This document shows positions 10,277 through 19,846 of a stretch of DNA of 64,000 bases, one piece after another (the stretch's first letter is position 1; the number at the start of each line of letters is the position of its first letter). Location: NCBI GenBank assembly GCA_903884345.1, contig CAISEE010000046.1:3830-67829 (forward strand), written 5' to 3'. The notes under the pieces were generated by a model. That model searched no databases. It worked only from the letters and a program-made list of their open reading frames with translations, and had not been told where the DNA came from. The stretch comes from Candidatus Adlerbacteria bacterium (GTDB lineage: Bacteria; Patescibacteriota; Minisyncoccia; Phycocordibacterales; SBAW01). Made by a program: the position numbers and the translations under genes.

Positions 10277-10825
10277 TTAGTGAAGCCAGTAGGTGCGAAT
10301 CTCGAGCGAGTAGGACATCAGATCGCCCGCCCCCGCCTTAAACCCGATTTTGTCGACGTCGACGATGCGCAGACTGTGCTCGAGGTCCTGCAAGAACGCC
10401 TGAAAATCATCATAGCTTGCCGTGACCGAGAAGCCAACCTGGACTGACCCCACTGCGTCGCCTGACGACCCGACCGCCGTCGCCGTCTTGGGGTCGCCCT
10501 TGGTGAGACTGCCGATGTTCACGCCCGAAAGAGGCAGGTTGTGTCGCGCCGCGATGTTGTTGACGTCGATGATGAGGCGGATGTTGTCGACGTTGTCAGG
10601 GAGTACGTGCTCGAGTTTGGCGACGTCGTCGTTTGAGAGCGCGTTTCGCTTGTTGAGCAAGGTGTCGCGCACCGCGTGAAGCTGCGCCGCCTGCGCGAGC
10701 GCGGTCGTGTACTTGCTGTCGAGTGCCGACATCGACAAGTCCTTTTGATAGGTCGGGTTGGTGTACACGACGAAGAGTCCGACAGCTGCGATAATGAGGA
10801 GGATGGGTACGAAAAATCTAGCCAT
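10277..10825 (-). CDS. PilO-like type IV pilus biogenesis protein
   Basis: Single N-terminal TM plus periplasmic domain; position after the pilN-like gene. Confidence 0.55.
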   Translation of the reverse strand: MARFFVPILLIIAAVGLFVVYTNPTYQKDLSMSALDSKYTTALAQAAQLHAVRDTLLNKRNALSNDDVAKLEHVLPDNVDNIRLIIDVNNIAARHNLPLSGVNIGSLTKGDPKTATAVGSSGDAVGSVQVGFSVTASYDDFQAFLQDLEHSLRIVDVDKIGFKAGAGDLMSYSLEIRTYWLH

Positions 10826-10830
10826 GGTGA

Positions 10831-11517
10831 TTATGATTGCGGTGTCGCACCTGTGGGCGTCGTCGTGGACGATTGCGTCGTGTCTGAAGCGGGCGCCGCT
10901 GCCGATTGGTCGGTCGAGGCCGCGCTGGTGCCCAAGGTCTTGGCGAAGTTGATGACCGACGGGTCGACTGTCGCGGTGACGTTAAAGGTTACGGCGCCGG
11001 TACTACCCACGGTAATATTGTTGAACGAGACTTCCTTTAGGAGCTTGTTGGCGCCGAACTGGTCGCTCTGGAGCGCCACAGTCGCGAAGCTGTCTGCCTG
11101 CCCGTCGAGGGTAATCTGCGCCGACCCGTCGGCCTGAAGCTCGTAGTCAAAACTGCTGAACTGGACCGCCTGGAGTGTCTGACTGCCCAGGAAGGTAAAG
11201 AGTGCCGAGGGCGCCACGTGCTTTTGCAGCAGCCCCTCTGCGTTTTGGATGCGCAAGTCGAGGCGACTCATCTCGGCGATGGTGTCGGGATTGAACGCGT
11301 CCTGTGCTTTTTTGAGCGAGTCCGTCTTCGTGGCGATCGAGGTCGTGAGCACCTGCGAGTAGCCGAATGCCGCGCCGGCCAATACGATCGAGGCGATGAA
11401 GACGAGCAGCGCGATGATGAAAAAGATGCTGCTGAAGGCGCCTTCACTGCTGGCGTAATAGCTACCGCTATCGAGCGACTGCTTGGGAATGAAAGATGCC
11501 GGAGCCTGAGAATCCAT
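10831..11517 (-). CDS. PilN-like type IV pilus biogenesis protein
   Basis: N-terminal TM helix after a short cytoplasmic segment; immediately downstream of pilM; Ser/Thr-rich C-terminus. Confidence 0.55.
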   Translation of the reverse strand: MDSQAPASFIPKQSLDSGSYYASSEGAFSSIFFIIALLVFIASIVLAGAAFGYSQVLTTSIATKTDSLKKAQDAFNPDTIAEMSRLDLRIQNAEGLLQKHVAPSALFTFLGSQTLQAVQFSSFDYELQADGSAQITLDGQADSFATVALQSDQFGANKLLKEVSFNNITVGSTGAVTFNVTATVDPSVINFAKTLGTSAASTDQSAAAPASDTTQSSTTTPTGATPQS

Positions 11518-11579
11518 TACTCATTAGTATAGCCCGACTTTACAACTCTGTGTGGCGCAATCCACACATGCGGGTGCGT

Positions 11580-12656
11580 CTAATTTTGGAGGAGCCGCAG
11601 CGCGAGCCCGATGGCCACCGTAAACTCCGGCCCCGCCTCCTCGAACCCCTTCTGGAGGAACGCCGGCACGCGGATCTTGCTAAATGGGTCGGACATGCGC
11701 ACCTCGTTTTGGATTTTGCTTTGTGCGAACTCTTTGAGCCCGCGAATGTCGGTGCCGCCACCGGTAAAGACCAAGGCGCTGAGTGATTGGTTGGTGCGCG
11801 ACTCGTACGCCGCCGCCGTGCGCGCGATCTCGGAAAACAGCGGCATGAGCGAGAGCTCGATCGATTTCTTGAGATCCTCGGTGGTCGCCATCTCGGATAT
11901 GCCGGTGAGCCCCACCTTGCGCTTGTACTCCTCGGCCTTGCTGACCGAGATGCCCAGGGCGCGCGAGACCGCCAACGTCAAATCTTGGCTGCCGTGGTTG
12001 ATGATATGACTCTCGTGGATGAGCCCGCGCTCGACGACGTAGAACTTGGTCGTGGCCGCGCCGAGGTCGACCACCGCCACGGGCACAATCCCCCGGTCGA
12101 GCGCCGCACGCACCGCGCTGAAGACCTCGATCTCGAAGAAGCTCACATTGAGCCCTGCTTCGCTCGCGATGGTACGAAACTTTTGTATCGTATCGTTGTG
12201 GATAACCACGAGCAGCACCTCGATTTTGGAGGGGTCTTTTTTGTCGGGGCCGATGACGAACCAGTCGAGCTGCACCTCGTTAATCGGCACGGGAATATAC
12301 TTGCGCGCCTCAAGCGGGATGACTTGCGCCAACTGCTTTTGCACCACCGCGGGCAGACGCAGGATTGAGATAAGGCTCGAGGAGTATGGTATCGAGAGCG
12401 CCGCGTTTTGCGTCGTGACGTTGGCTTCGCGAATCAAATCCTTCAATGCTTCGGCGACTTTTTCGGCCGGCAGTGACGTCGCGCGGCCGATTTCGCTGCC
12501 TGCGTACGGCCCCAGCGCCACCGCGCCGTAGGTTTCGAGCACGACGGTGCCTTTGTCTTTGCGCAGCTGCACTAACTTAATCGACGACGTGCCGATGTCG
12601 ACGCCCAGCGCGCTTTTTTGTTCGGGAGCGAAGAGTGATGCGAAGGAGAATGCCAT
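11580..12656 (-). CDS. pilM: Type IV pilus assembly protein PilM (actin-like ATPase fold)
   Basis: 358 aa; LGVDIGTSSIKLVQL N-terminus typical of PilM/FtsA-like proteins; first gene of the operon. Confidence 0.85.
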   Translation of the reverse strand: MAFSFASLFAPEQKSALGVDIGTSSIKLVQLRKDKGTVVLETYGAVALGPYAGSEIGRATSLPAEKVAEALKDLIREANVTTQNAALSIPYSSSLISILRLPAVVQKQLAQVIPLEARKYIPVPINEVQLDWFVIGPDKKDPSKIEVLLVVIHNDTIQKFRTIASEAGLNVSFFEIEVFSAVRAALDRGIVPVAVVDLGAATTKFYVVERGLIHESHIINHGSQDLTLAVSRALGISVSKAEEYKRKVGLTGISEMATTEDLKKSIELSLMPLFSEIARTAAAYESRTNQSLSALVFTGGGTDIRGLKEFAQSKIQNEVRMSDPFSKIRVPAFLQKGFEEAGPEFTVAIGLALRLLQN

Positions 12657-12702
12657 AGTATCTTGCTATATAGTAGTATATACGAACCCGACGGTTTCAA
12701 CT

Positions 12703-13326
12703 ATGCATTATATCCTGTCGCGCCTCTGCCAACCCCTCGTCGACCTCGTCGCGCCCCCACGCGACACCGAACTCCTCGTTCGCGAGCTGTGCGAGGAAGA
12801 CCTCATGGAGCTCGTGATGCCAAATGAGATCGGCCTCCTCCCCTACCACGACGAGCGCGCACGCGCTCTGGTCTGGGAGATGAAGTACTACGCCAGTTCG
12901 CGCGCCGCCAACCTGGGCGGCATTATTCTTGCTGAAGCGCTCATCGAGTACGCCAGCGATATTTTGGGCGAGCCGCTCCTCATCCCCATCCCGCTCCATC
13001 ACACCCGCCGCCGCGAGCGCGGCCACAACCAGAGCGAACTTTTGTGCAAAGCTGCGCTCGCCCACGCACCCCACTGCGCACAGTACGCGCCGCAACTTCT
13101 CGTGCGCCACAAAGCCACCCCGCACCAGCAAGGTTCGGCCCGCCACAAACGCCTCAGCAATCTCAAAAATTCAATGACCGCCCCTCACCCCGAGCGCCTG
13201 CGGGGTCGCACCGTGATTATCGTTGACGATGTCACCACCACCGGCGCCACCTTCGCCGAAGCCAAACGCGCCCTCTTGGCCGCCGGCGCCGCACACGTCT
13301 ACTGTTTGGCACTCGCGCAATCGTGA
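12703..13326 (+). CDS. comFC: ComF family phosphoribosyltransferase-domain protein (ComFC)
   Basis: C-terminal PRTase motif RTVIIVDDVTTTGATFAEAKRALLAAGA. Start MHYILSR at 12703; divergent from pilM. Confidence 0.8.
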   Translation: MHYILSRLCQPLVDLVAPPRDTELLVRELCEEDLMELVMPNEIGLLPYHDERARALVWEMKYYASSRAANLGGIILAEALIEYASDILGEPLLIPIPLHHTRRRERGHNQSELLCKAALAHAPHCAQYAPQLLVRHKATPHQQGSARHKRLSNLKNSMTAPHPERLRGRTVIIVDDVTTTGATFAEAKRALLAAGAAHVYCLALAQS

Positions 13327-13397
13327 GTTTTGGTGTAGTTTAGTGGAACAGGCGCAGGGCGAAACCCGGTCTGCAGCAGACAAAACAGAATATAAAC

Positions 13398-13484
13398 GGA
13401 GGCGTGGCTGAGCGGTCGAAAGCAGCAACCTGCTAAGTTGTTGACCTGGGAACGGGTCCGAAGGTTCGAATCCTTCCGCCTCCG
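13398..13484 (+). tRNA. tRNA-Ser (anticodon GCU)
   Basis: Acceptor GGAGGCG/CGCCTCC; anticodon loop CUGCUAA; long variable arm; T-loop GAAGG-TTCGAAT-CCTTC. Confidence 0.85.
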
Positions 13485-13563
13485 CTGAGATTTTTAAGGA
13501 GTTTACGACTATAAAAATCCGAGTGCAGTCGCGTCCTCGCGAGCTGCCGCCAAACATTACGAG

Positions 13564-13592
13564 CACCCGCAAGGGTGCCTTTTGGTGTGCGG
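13564..13592 (+). terminator. Rho-independent terminator downstream of tRNA-Ser
   Basis: gcaccc-gcaa-gggtgc hairpin followed by cttttgg. Confidence 0.6.
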
Positions 13593-13612
13593 GAAGGATT
13601 CGAAAGGCGCCG

Positions 13613-13774
13613 CTATCTCAAAAATCGCAAGGCAAATGCCCCAAACACCAACACAATCCCGACGTTCACCATGAGCCGCTCCCACACCCTATCCCGAAAG
13701 AACAACACATCGACACCGACAATAACGGCAATAAGCGCAACAACACAAACTGCAGTGAGTAGTGGTTTAGTCAT
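13613..13774 (-). CDS. Possible small two-helix membrane protein (53 aa), not in ORF track
   Basis: Manual translation gives MTKPLLTAVCVVALIAVIVGVDVLFFRDRVWERLMVNVGIVLVFGAFALRFLR. No clear SD. Confidence 0.25.
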   Translation of the reverse strand: MTKPLLTAVCVVALIAVIVGVDVLFFRDRVWERLMVNVGIVLVFGAFALRFLR

Positions 13775-13928
13775 TACTTAAAACGATAGCACGTATCCGT
13801 CGCCTGAGTCAGAAGACTCACTTATGGTCGATAGACGAACGGCGTAGCTACGTTTTGACAGGCGACAAAACCATGAGTGGACAATAGAATTTACTTACCA
13901 TTCAAATGCTGTAAAATCTGTTTACTCT

Positions 13929-14579
13929 ATGAATTATACAAAAGGGCGCGTGATGGCGTTGGTAACCGGTATCGTAATTATTATCGGCGCAGGGGCTACG
14001 TTTTGGTATCTAACCCACAACACTGCGCAACCGGTACCTGTTTTGACTACTGCGTTACAGACCTCGAACACCACCTTTCCCACTCCGCCGACGGATACGC
14101 GGGTCACACCTGAACCGACACAACCGGCAGCCGCAGGCCTTACACGAACAAGCAATACCTCGACTTCTCGTCCGAATTCGACTTCTGCAACACCCAAGCC
14201 ACAAACACAGCAGACTGCGCGCGTCTCCGCAACAATAGACCAAAGCTCACTTACCTCGACCTCGAACACCGCACCAAAAATACAAGGTGCAGTTTCGGGA
14301 ACTTCGGCGATTTCCGTTTATATATGGCGCAATGTAATTACCCCTCCACAGTCAGAGACCGCTACGTTTCCAAAATCTGTATGGTTCAACTCTTCGGAGC
14401 TCAGAACTTCTGAGATCGTTGTCTCAAAAGGACGATGGAACGCCTACATTGGAAATACAGAGGTAGCTGGAAACGGATTTGATTATTCAGTATTTTCGGC
14501 TGGTGCCTATACTGTAGCGGTCTACGACGATACAACGGGCCAGCTGCTCGCAACAGACTCACTAACAATCAACGGTTAA
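13929..14579 (+). CDS. Hypothetical membrane-anchored protein with Thr/Ser/Pro-rich linker
   Basis: N-terminal TM (VTGIVIIIGAGATFWYL), low-complexity T/S/P region, C-terminal globular part. No recognisable family. Confidence 0.55.
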   Translation: MNYTKGRVMALVTGIVIIIGAGATFWYLTHNTAQPVPVLTTALQTSNTTFPTPPTDTRVTPEPTQPAAAGLTRTSNTSTSRPNSTSATPKPQTQQTARVSATIDQSSLTSTSNTAPKIQGAVSGTSAISVYIWRNVITPPQSETATFPKSVWFNSSELRTSEIVVSKGRWNAYIGNTEVAGNGFDYSVFSAGAYTVAVYDDTTGQLLATDSLTING

Positions 14580-14734
14580 CAACCTACGATTTCTTCCAAT
14601 CAACACTGTGCCTCGGGGCCCCTCCGGGGCATGGCGTATACTTCCCTCATGAGCACCTTCTCCCGATTTTTTAGATGGCGCTTGGGATTGGATGATGCGG
14701 ACGCGCGAGCACATTCTTAATATTGCATAAAAGA

Positions 14735-14786
14735 AAAAGCCGAGCGGGGCGCGATAGTCGCGCACACCACTCGGCTGCAGGCCGGA
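14735..14786 (-). terminator. Rho-independent terminator after small Cys-rich ORF
   Basis: On the minus strand: GCCGAGTGGTGTGCGCGA-cta-TCGCGCCCCGCTCGGC followed by TTTTTCTTTTAT. Confidence 0.6.
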
Positions 14787-14788
14787 GC

Positions 14789-14986
14789 CTAGGACATTCT
14801 TTTCATCTCGCCAAGCTTGGTCAGGCCGTACGGGCCGGCCGGGCCATTACCGTCTTCCCCAAGCCGTTCGGCTTCTGCGGCCTCGGCCAGCCGCGAGGGA
14901 TTGAACTTGCACGGCTCGCAGGGATTCTCGCTAGGAATCGAAGACATCATTCCATCGGCGCAATTGAGGCCGGAACAATTAAGCAT
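14789..14986 (-). CDS. Small Cys-rich protein (65 aa; CxxxxC...CxxC, possible zinc-ribbon-like)
   Basis: AGGTGA SD 4 nt upstream of ATG; intrinsic terminator immediately downstream; divergent from msrB. Confidence 0.5.
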   Translation of the reverse strand: MLNCSGLNCADGMMSSIPSENPCEPCKFNPSRLAEAAEAERLGEDGNGPAGPYGLTKLGEMKRMS

Positions 14987-15157
14987 GGATCACCTACCCA
15001 AAAGATCGTGCATCAACGACGCTCGTCGATGCAAAAACAAGAGTACACCAAAAACTGAATTCGTCAAGGATTCGCCGCATCTCCCCCACCCAAGACTCCC
15101 CTTGGGATTGCGGTTCGTTTTCATATTCACAGACGACACGCTTGATATACTTACCGC

Positions 15158-15562
15158 ATGACAAAACCCCTGCCATCCGACGAGGAGTTGAAGAAGCGGC
15201 TCACGGCCAAGCAGTACGAAGTGCTGCGCGAGGGTGGGACCGAGGCGCCGTTTTCGGGGAAGCTCGTGCATCCCGACCGCGACGGATTCTACCGCTGCGC
15301 GGTGTGCGGGAGCGCGCTCTTTGCAGCCGATGCGAAATTCGACTCGGGCACGGGCTGGCCAAGCTTCGACCAGGCACTCCCCGGCGCGGTCAAAGACGTC
15401 GAGGATACCTCGCACGGCATGGTGCGCACCGAGACTGTGTGCGCCACCTGCGGCTCACACCTCGGGCACCTTTTTAACGATGGCCCCACCAAAACTGGCA
15501 TGCGTTACTGCATGAACTCAGTCTGCTTTGAAAATTTTGATGACGAGGCGAAGGGCGCGTAA
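15158..15562 (+). CDS. msrB: Peptide-methionine (R)-S-oxide reductase MsrB
   Basis: CAVCGSALF...TGWPSF...CATCGSHLGHLF SelR motifs. Confidence 0.9.
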   Translation: MTKPLPSDEELKKRLTAKQYEVLREGGTEAPFSGKLVHPDRDGFYRCAVCGSALFAADAKFDSGTGWPSFDQALPGAVKDVEDTSHGMVRTETVCATCGSHLGHLFNDGPTKTGMRYCMNSVCFENFDDEAKGA

Positions 15563-15566
15563 CGTG

Positions 15567-15968
15567 TTAGCCCAGCAAACCGTAGACGAGGTACATGGTG
15601 TACGAGGCGATGGCGGTAAGCGTCGTACCCCAGGCCATGTCGACGAGGGCGACCTTAAGCGGCCAATCTTTAAGCGTTGCGAGGTTGGTGAGGTCGTAGG
15701 TCATGTAGCACATAAAGCCAAAGAGCGCGCCATACAAAAGTGCGCGCATGGGGCTGTGTGCAACGATCGCCGGGTGCGCAGCGAAGATCATGATGCCAAC
15801 GAGATAGCACGCGTAAAACAAAATCGCGGGTGTTAGTAAAAACGACGGCGCAAGATGGTACCCAAGACCGGCTTTGATCGAATCTTTAGCAATGACCCCG
15901 AGCCACAGACCATCGAGCAGCAACATGACCGGCGCGGTTAATAAAACTGCGTAGAGTAAGCGAAGCAT
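15567..15968 (-). CDS. Small integral membrane protein (DUF2177-like)
   Basis: 133 aa, four predicted TM helices. Confidence 0.55.
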   Translation of the reverse strand: MLRLLYAVLLTAPVMLLLDGLWLGVIAKDSIKAGLGYHLAPSFLLTPAILFYACYLVGIMIFAAHPAIVAHSPMRALLYGALFGFMCYMTYDLTNLATLKDWPLKVALVDMAWGTTLTAIASYTMYLVYGLLG

Positions 15969-15974
15969 GGTGTA

Positions 15975-16006
15975 AGTATACCAGTCATAAAAAAATTCCC
16001 GACCAC
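15975..16006 (-). terminator. Rho-independent terminator after gene 16038..16688
   Basis: On the minus strand: TTCCCGGCC-cactcgt-GGTCGGGAA followed by TTTTTTTAT. Confidence 0.55.
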
Positions 16007-16037
16007 GAGTGGGCCGGGAACGAGGTTACGCACACCA

Positions 16038-16688
16038 TCACCACAGTCGGTGCGAACAGTTTCTGAAGAGGTTCTCGGCGATTCCAAGTTCATGATCCGT
16101 ATTCGCTTCGGACGCGACGACCATCGCCTTCCTTGCGGCATGACTCGCTTCAGCCACCTCACCGAGATGCCAAAATAGGAGTGCCACGGCGTTGAGTACG
16201 CGCGCGAGGTTGCGCTCTGCGTCGCCACTCTCGTCTGCACACCCGACCGGCTTGTTGTCGTTAATGGGCGTGGCTTTGAACAACACGGAGTGCGCCTCTT
16301 GCAAGGCTTCCTGGCGCTCGCCACATAATAATAGGCACTCACCAATGAGCACATACACGAGCGCCCTCTCATACGGTGCGCAGCCTACGAGTGCCAAGTC
16401 GGTCAGGACTGACGTTTCGTATAGTCTATTTCGCAGCACCCAGCGAAGGCCGGGCACGCGCACCACAAGTTCGAGCCCGTCTCGCATCTGCGGGCCGCTC
16501 ATGCCGCGCGCGCCACACGCGACACCGAACGCATCACGCAGTTTCGCAAACGGTCGGCGCGCCACCCACGCACGAAACCCTGTCTGCCACGGGTCACTCT
16601 GGAGTTCCATTTCGCATGTCCTTGTACAATGTAGGCCGACGAAACTGTACAGCAACAACGCGTAGTCGTCAATTACAGACCGAGACAC
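16038..16688 (-). CDS. Hypothetical helical protein
   Basis: 216-aa ORF with a downstream terminator. No recognisable motifs; alternative start MELQ at 16610. Confidence 0.45.
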   Translation of the reverse strand: MSRSVIDDYALLLYSFVGLHCTRTCEMELQSDPWQTGFRAWVARRPFAKLRDAFGVACGARGMSGPQMRDGLELVVRVPGLRWVLRNRLYETSVLTDLALVGCAPYERALVYVLIGECLLLCGERQEALQEAHSVLFKATPINDNKPVGCADESGDAERNLARVLNAVALLFWHLGEVAEASHAARKAMVVASEANTDHELGIAENLFRNCSHRLW

Positions 16689-16796
16689 CCATCCTTTTTT
16701 GATTTACGCCACAGTCGGTATCACTTGCTTGTTTTAGCAAATATGTTATATAGTCGGGCCACAAGCAGTGGTTCTTTCATACGGGAGTCTATATCG

Positions 16797-17561
16797 ATGG
16801 CGCAAGGCCAACCTACACTTGCTCGCTATGCTGCCGAACCGCGAGAGCGTTCGCAGCGCAACTTCTTCTCGAACGTGTTTCTGGTGATGACCGGCGACCT
16901 CGTGCTCACGGCACTGGTCTCGCTCGCGTTGTCGTCCAACCACGCCGTGATGGCGTCGCTGTTCCACCTGGTCACCTACTCCGAAGACGGCGAGACCAAG
17001 ACCACCTTCGAGGCCTCGGGCCTCTACTGGTGCGCGGCTGCGTTCGAGATCTTGCTGGTGATCGTGCTCTCATGGAGCAGCCTCGGCAAACGCCTGAACT
17101 TCGTCGACGGCCTCGTCTTGTTCGGCATCTATGCCGCGCTTAACGGCGTCACGCTCGCGCCACTGCTCTACGCCTACACAGCCGTGAGCATCGTCCGAGT
17201 CTTCTTCATCGCCGCCAGCATGTTCTGCGGGATGGCGATCTGGGGGCTCACGACGAAGGTCAACTTGACGGGCCTGCAGTCGTTCTTCCTGATGGCGCTG
17301 ATCGGCCTTCTGGCGGCGATACTCATGAACGCCGCGTTCGGCTCGGTCGAGAACGAGTTCTACATCAGCGTGGCGGCGGTCGGCCTCTTCGCGGGACTCA
17401 CCGCCTTCGACATGCAGAAGCTTCGCGCCATGCATGACGAGAGCGCCGGCGCCTCGGCAGGGCTCGTGGTCTTCGGCGCACTGACGCTGTACCTCGACTT
17501 CATCAACCTGTTCATCCACCTCCTGCGTATCTTCGGCGTCGCCCGAATCGGCGACGACTGA
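16797..17561 (+). CDS. Bax inhibitor-1/YccA family membrane protein
   Basis: Seven TM helices; C-terminal FGALTLYLDFINLFIHLLRIFG typical of BI-1. Start MAQGQ at 16797. Confidence 0.8.
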   Translation: MAQGQPTLARYAAEPRERSQRNFFSNVFLVMTGDLVLTALVSLALSSNHAVMASLFHLVTYSEDGETKTTFEASGLYWCAAAFEILLVIVLSWSSLGKRLNFVDGLVLFGIYAALNGVTLAPLLYAYTAVSIVRVFFIAASMFCGMAIWGLTTKVNLTGLQSFFLMALIGLLAAILMNAAFGSVENEFYISVAAVGLFAGLTAFDMQKLRAMHDESAGASAGLVVFGALTLYLDFINLFIHLLRIFGVARIGDD

Positions 17562-17579
17562 ATTCCGTTCGCCCTCGCA

Positions 17580-17618
17580 AACCGAGCGGCCAGGCACCCC
17601 CTGGCCGCTCTTTTTCTT
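17580..17618 (+). terminator. Rho-independent terminator
   Basis: GAGCGGCCAGG-caccc-CCTGGCCGCTC followed by TTTTTCTTTTGT. Confidence 0.7.
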
Positions 17619-17684
17619 TTGTACATGCACCACACGCTCCTTAACGTGCCTGCGCTTTTGTGCCACACTTCGTGTACGACACGT

Positions 17685-18734
17685 ATGAAAATGTATCGCT
17701 ATATTACCATCGTCTTTCTTGTCCTTGCCGCACTGGCTGCAGGATTTTTCATGCATCGACCCGCACCGCGCCTGACCCACGAGCCCGAACTCGCCGCGGG
17801 CGCAGCGGTAACACAACCGCAACAAGAGCCGAGTGTATCCATCCTCGCCTTCGGTGACTTGATGCTCGACCGCGCAGTGCGCACCACCATCCTCAACCAC
17901 GGCGCCGACTATCCGTTCGTATCAATCGAACAATTTCTAAACGGTCACGACATCGTGGTCGCCAACGCCGAGGGACCGTTCACAAACAACACGTCGGTCG
18001 CGACGGCCGACCGATTGCAGTTCACCTTCGACCCCGGCGAGTTGCCGACCCTGCACAACCTCGGCTTCACGCTACTCTCGCAAGCCAACAATCACGCGTT
18101 TAACTTTGGCGCGGCAGGGCTGCGCGAATCGCAGGCCAACATTCGTGCGAGCGGCATCGGCACCTTTGGCGACCCGCAAAACGACGACCCTGGGCCGTCG
18201 TTGCAAATCATCCATGGGCAGACCGTCGCCTTCATCGGCTACCATCAATTTTTAGGCACCGACACGAAGGTGCTCGAGGCGATTCGCGAGGCAAAAACGC
18301 TGGGCGCGTTCACCATTCTTTACCCGCACTGGGGCGTCGAGTACAGCACGACCACGTCGGCGTTTCAACGCGCCGAAGCGCATGCCTTCATCGACGCGGG
18401 CGCCGACGCGGTGTTGGGCGCGCACCCGCACGTCATCGAGCCGATCGAGATATATAACGGCAAGGCGATCTTTTACTCGATGGGCAATTTCATCTTCGAC
18501 CAGTCGAATTCCGGGCCGACGTCCGAAGGGCTCGCCATCGAAATTACCCTCACCCCGAGTCAGGCGACGTACACCATCGACCCGCTCGACATTGCACACG
18601 CGCAAGCCTCACTCATGCCAGACCCCGAGCGCACGACCATCCTCCAAACCTTGGCACACACCGCGACGCTTGCGACCACAAGCGAGAGCTTAAGAAGCGG
18701 CATAGCCGACGGCGTCTTTACGCTCGATCGATAG
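17685..18734 (+). CDS. CapA/PgsA-family metallophosphatase-like protein (poly-gamma-glutamate synthesis-type)
   Basis: N-terminal TM anchor; ILAFGDLMLDR, NNHAFNFG, GAHPHVIEPIEIYNGKAIFYSMGNFIFDQ motifs of PGA_cap. Confidence 0.75.
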   Translation: MKMYRYITIVFLVLAALAAGFFMHRPAPRLTHEPELAAGAAVTQPQQEPSVSILAFGDLMLDRAVRTTILNHGADYPFVSIEQFLNGHDIVVANAEGPFTNNTSVATADRLQFTFDPGELPTLHNLGFTLLSQANNHAFNFGAAGLRESQANIRASGIGTFGDPQNDDPGPSLQIIHGQTVAFIGYHQFLGTDTKVLEAIREAKTLGAFTILYPHWGVEYSTTTSAFQRAEAHAFIDAGADAVLGAHPHVIEPIEIYNGKAIFYSMGNFIFDQSNSGPTSEGLAIEITLTPSQATYTIDPLDIAHAQASLMPDPERTTILQTLAHTATLATTSESLRSGIADGVFTLDR

Positions 18735-18813
18735 CATTTAATGAGAACCCTCGATACGTGATAGCTACTCTGATACACTGTTGATTAATTATTTATTACG
18801 CGCGAAACAAACA

Positions 18814-19791
18814 ATGCACTACCACGACCGAGTGTACGGAGATGCCGAGATTACCGAGGACGTGCTTGTGGCACTCATCGAATCGTCATCGCTCCAGCGC
18901 CTCAAAGACATCGACCAGGCGGGCTACCCCGAGCCCTACTACCCCGGGTCGGCACACTCACGCTTCGAACATTCGATGGGCGTGATGCTCTTGCTCCGCA
19001 GATTCGGCGCATCACTGGAGGAGCAGATCGCTGGACTCATCCACGACGTGTCGCACTCGGCATTCTCGCACTGCATCGACTACGCGCTGGCGGGCGTCGC
19101 TGAAGAGAAGCACTCGCACCAAGATGACATCTTCGAGGGATTCGTGCGCACATCCGAGATTCCCGCCATCTTAGAGCGCCACCACATCGACCTCGAGCGG
19201 ATTCTCGACGACGCGAACTTTCCGCTGAAGGAGCGCGACCTCCCCGATTTGTGCGCCGACCGGATCGACTACTCGCTGCGCCAAGCGGTCGTATGTGGGC
19301 ACATACCCGACGGATCACAATTCTTGCAGAGACTGTCGGCCGAGGATGGTCACTGGGTCTTTGCCGATGTCGAGAGCGCCGCGTCATTCGCAGAACTTTT
19401 TCTTTTGTGCAATACGCGTTACTGGGCAGGACTCACCTCGGCCGTCATGTTTCGCACTGTGGGCGACACACTTAGGCACGCGCTCGCGCAAACATACATC
19501 AGCGAGGCGGACCTCTACACCACCGACGAGGCGGTGCTGCGAAAGATACTGCCGCGCGCGACCGAGGACGCGACGCTCGCGCTCCTCCTTGCCCGCATGA
19601 ACGGCGAGGTCGGCTACACCAACGACCCCGACGATTTCACGGCGCGCGTCTCGTGCAAATCGCGCGCCGTCGACCCACTATGCCGCAACGAGGGCGAGGT
19701 GTGCCGACTCTCGGACGTGAGACCAGAATGGAAAAATACACTGACGCAAGAATCCACACCCAAGGAATATTTTCTGAAATTCGAGCGCTAG
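18814..19791 (+). CDS. HD-domain phosphohydrolase
   Basis: HSRFEHSMGV...LIHDVSHSAFSH (H...HD...D metal ligands). Start MHYHDRVYG at 18814. Confidence 0.75.
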   Translation: MHYHDRVYGDAEITEDVLVALIESSSLQRLKDIDQAGYPEPYYPGSAHSRFEHSMGVMLLLRRFGASLEEQIAGLIHDVSHSAFSHCIDYALAGVAEEKHSHQDDIFEGFVRTSEIPAILERHHIDLERILDDANFPLKERDLPDLCADRIDYSLRQAVVCGHIPDGSQFLQRLSAEDGHWVFADVESAASFAELFLLCNTRYWAGLTSAVMFRTVGDTLRHALAQTYISEADLYTTDEAVLRKILPRATEDATLALLLARMNGEVGYTNDPDDFTARVSCKSRAVDPLCRNEGEVCRLSDVRPEWKNTLTQESTPKEYFLKFER

Positions 19792-19800
19792 CGCGATAAA

Positions 19801-19843
19801 AAAAGAAAGCGGCGCGACCCAGGGATAGGGTTGCGCCGCGCAC
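19801..19843 (-). terminator. Rho-independent terminator
   Basis: On the minus strand: GCGGCGCAACCC-tatccct-GGGTCGCGCCGC followed by TTTCTTTTTTTAT. Confidence 0.65.
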
Positions 19844-19846
19844 GCG

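Noticed and set aside
13171-13572. 133-aa minus-strand ORF
   Set aside because: It overlaps the tRNA-Ser gene and its terminator in antisense, with no protein-like features.
14723-15161. Plus-strand ORFs 14723..15058 and 14817..15161 between the T/S/P-rich protein and msrB
   Set aside because: They overlap the better-supported minus-strand small Cys-rich gene and its terminator, and have low-complexity R/S/A-rich composition.
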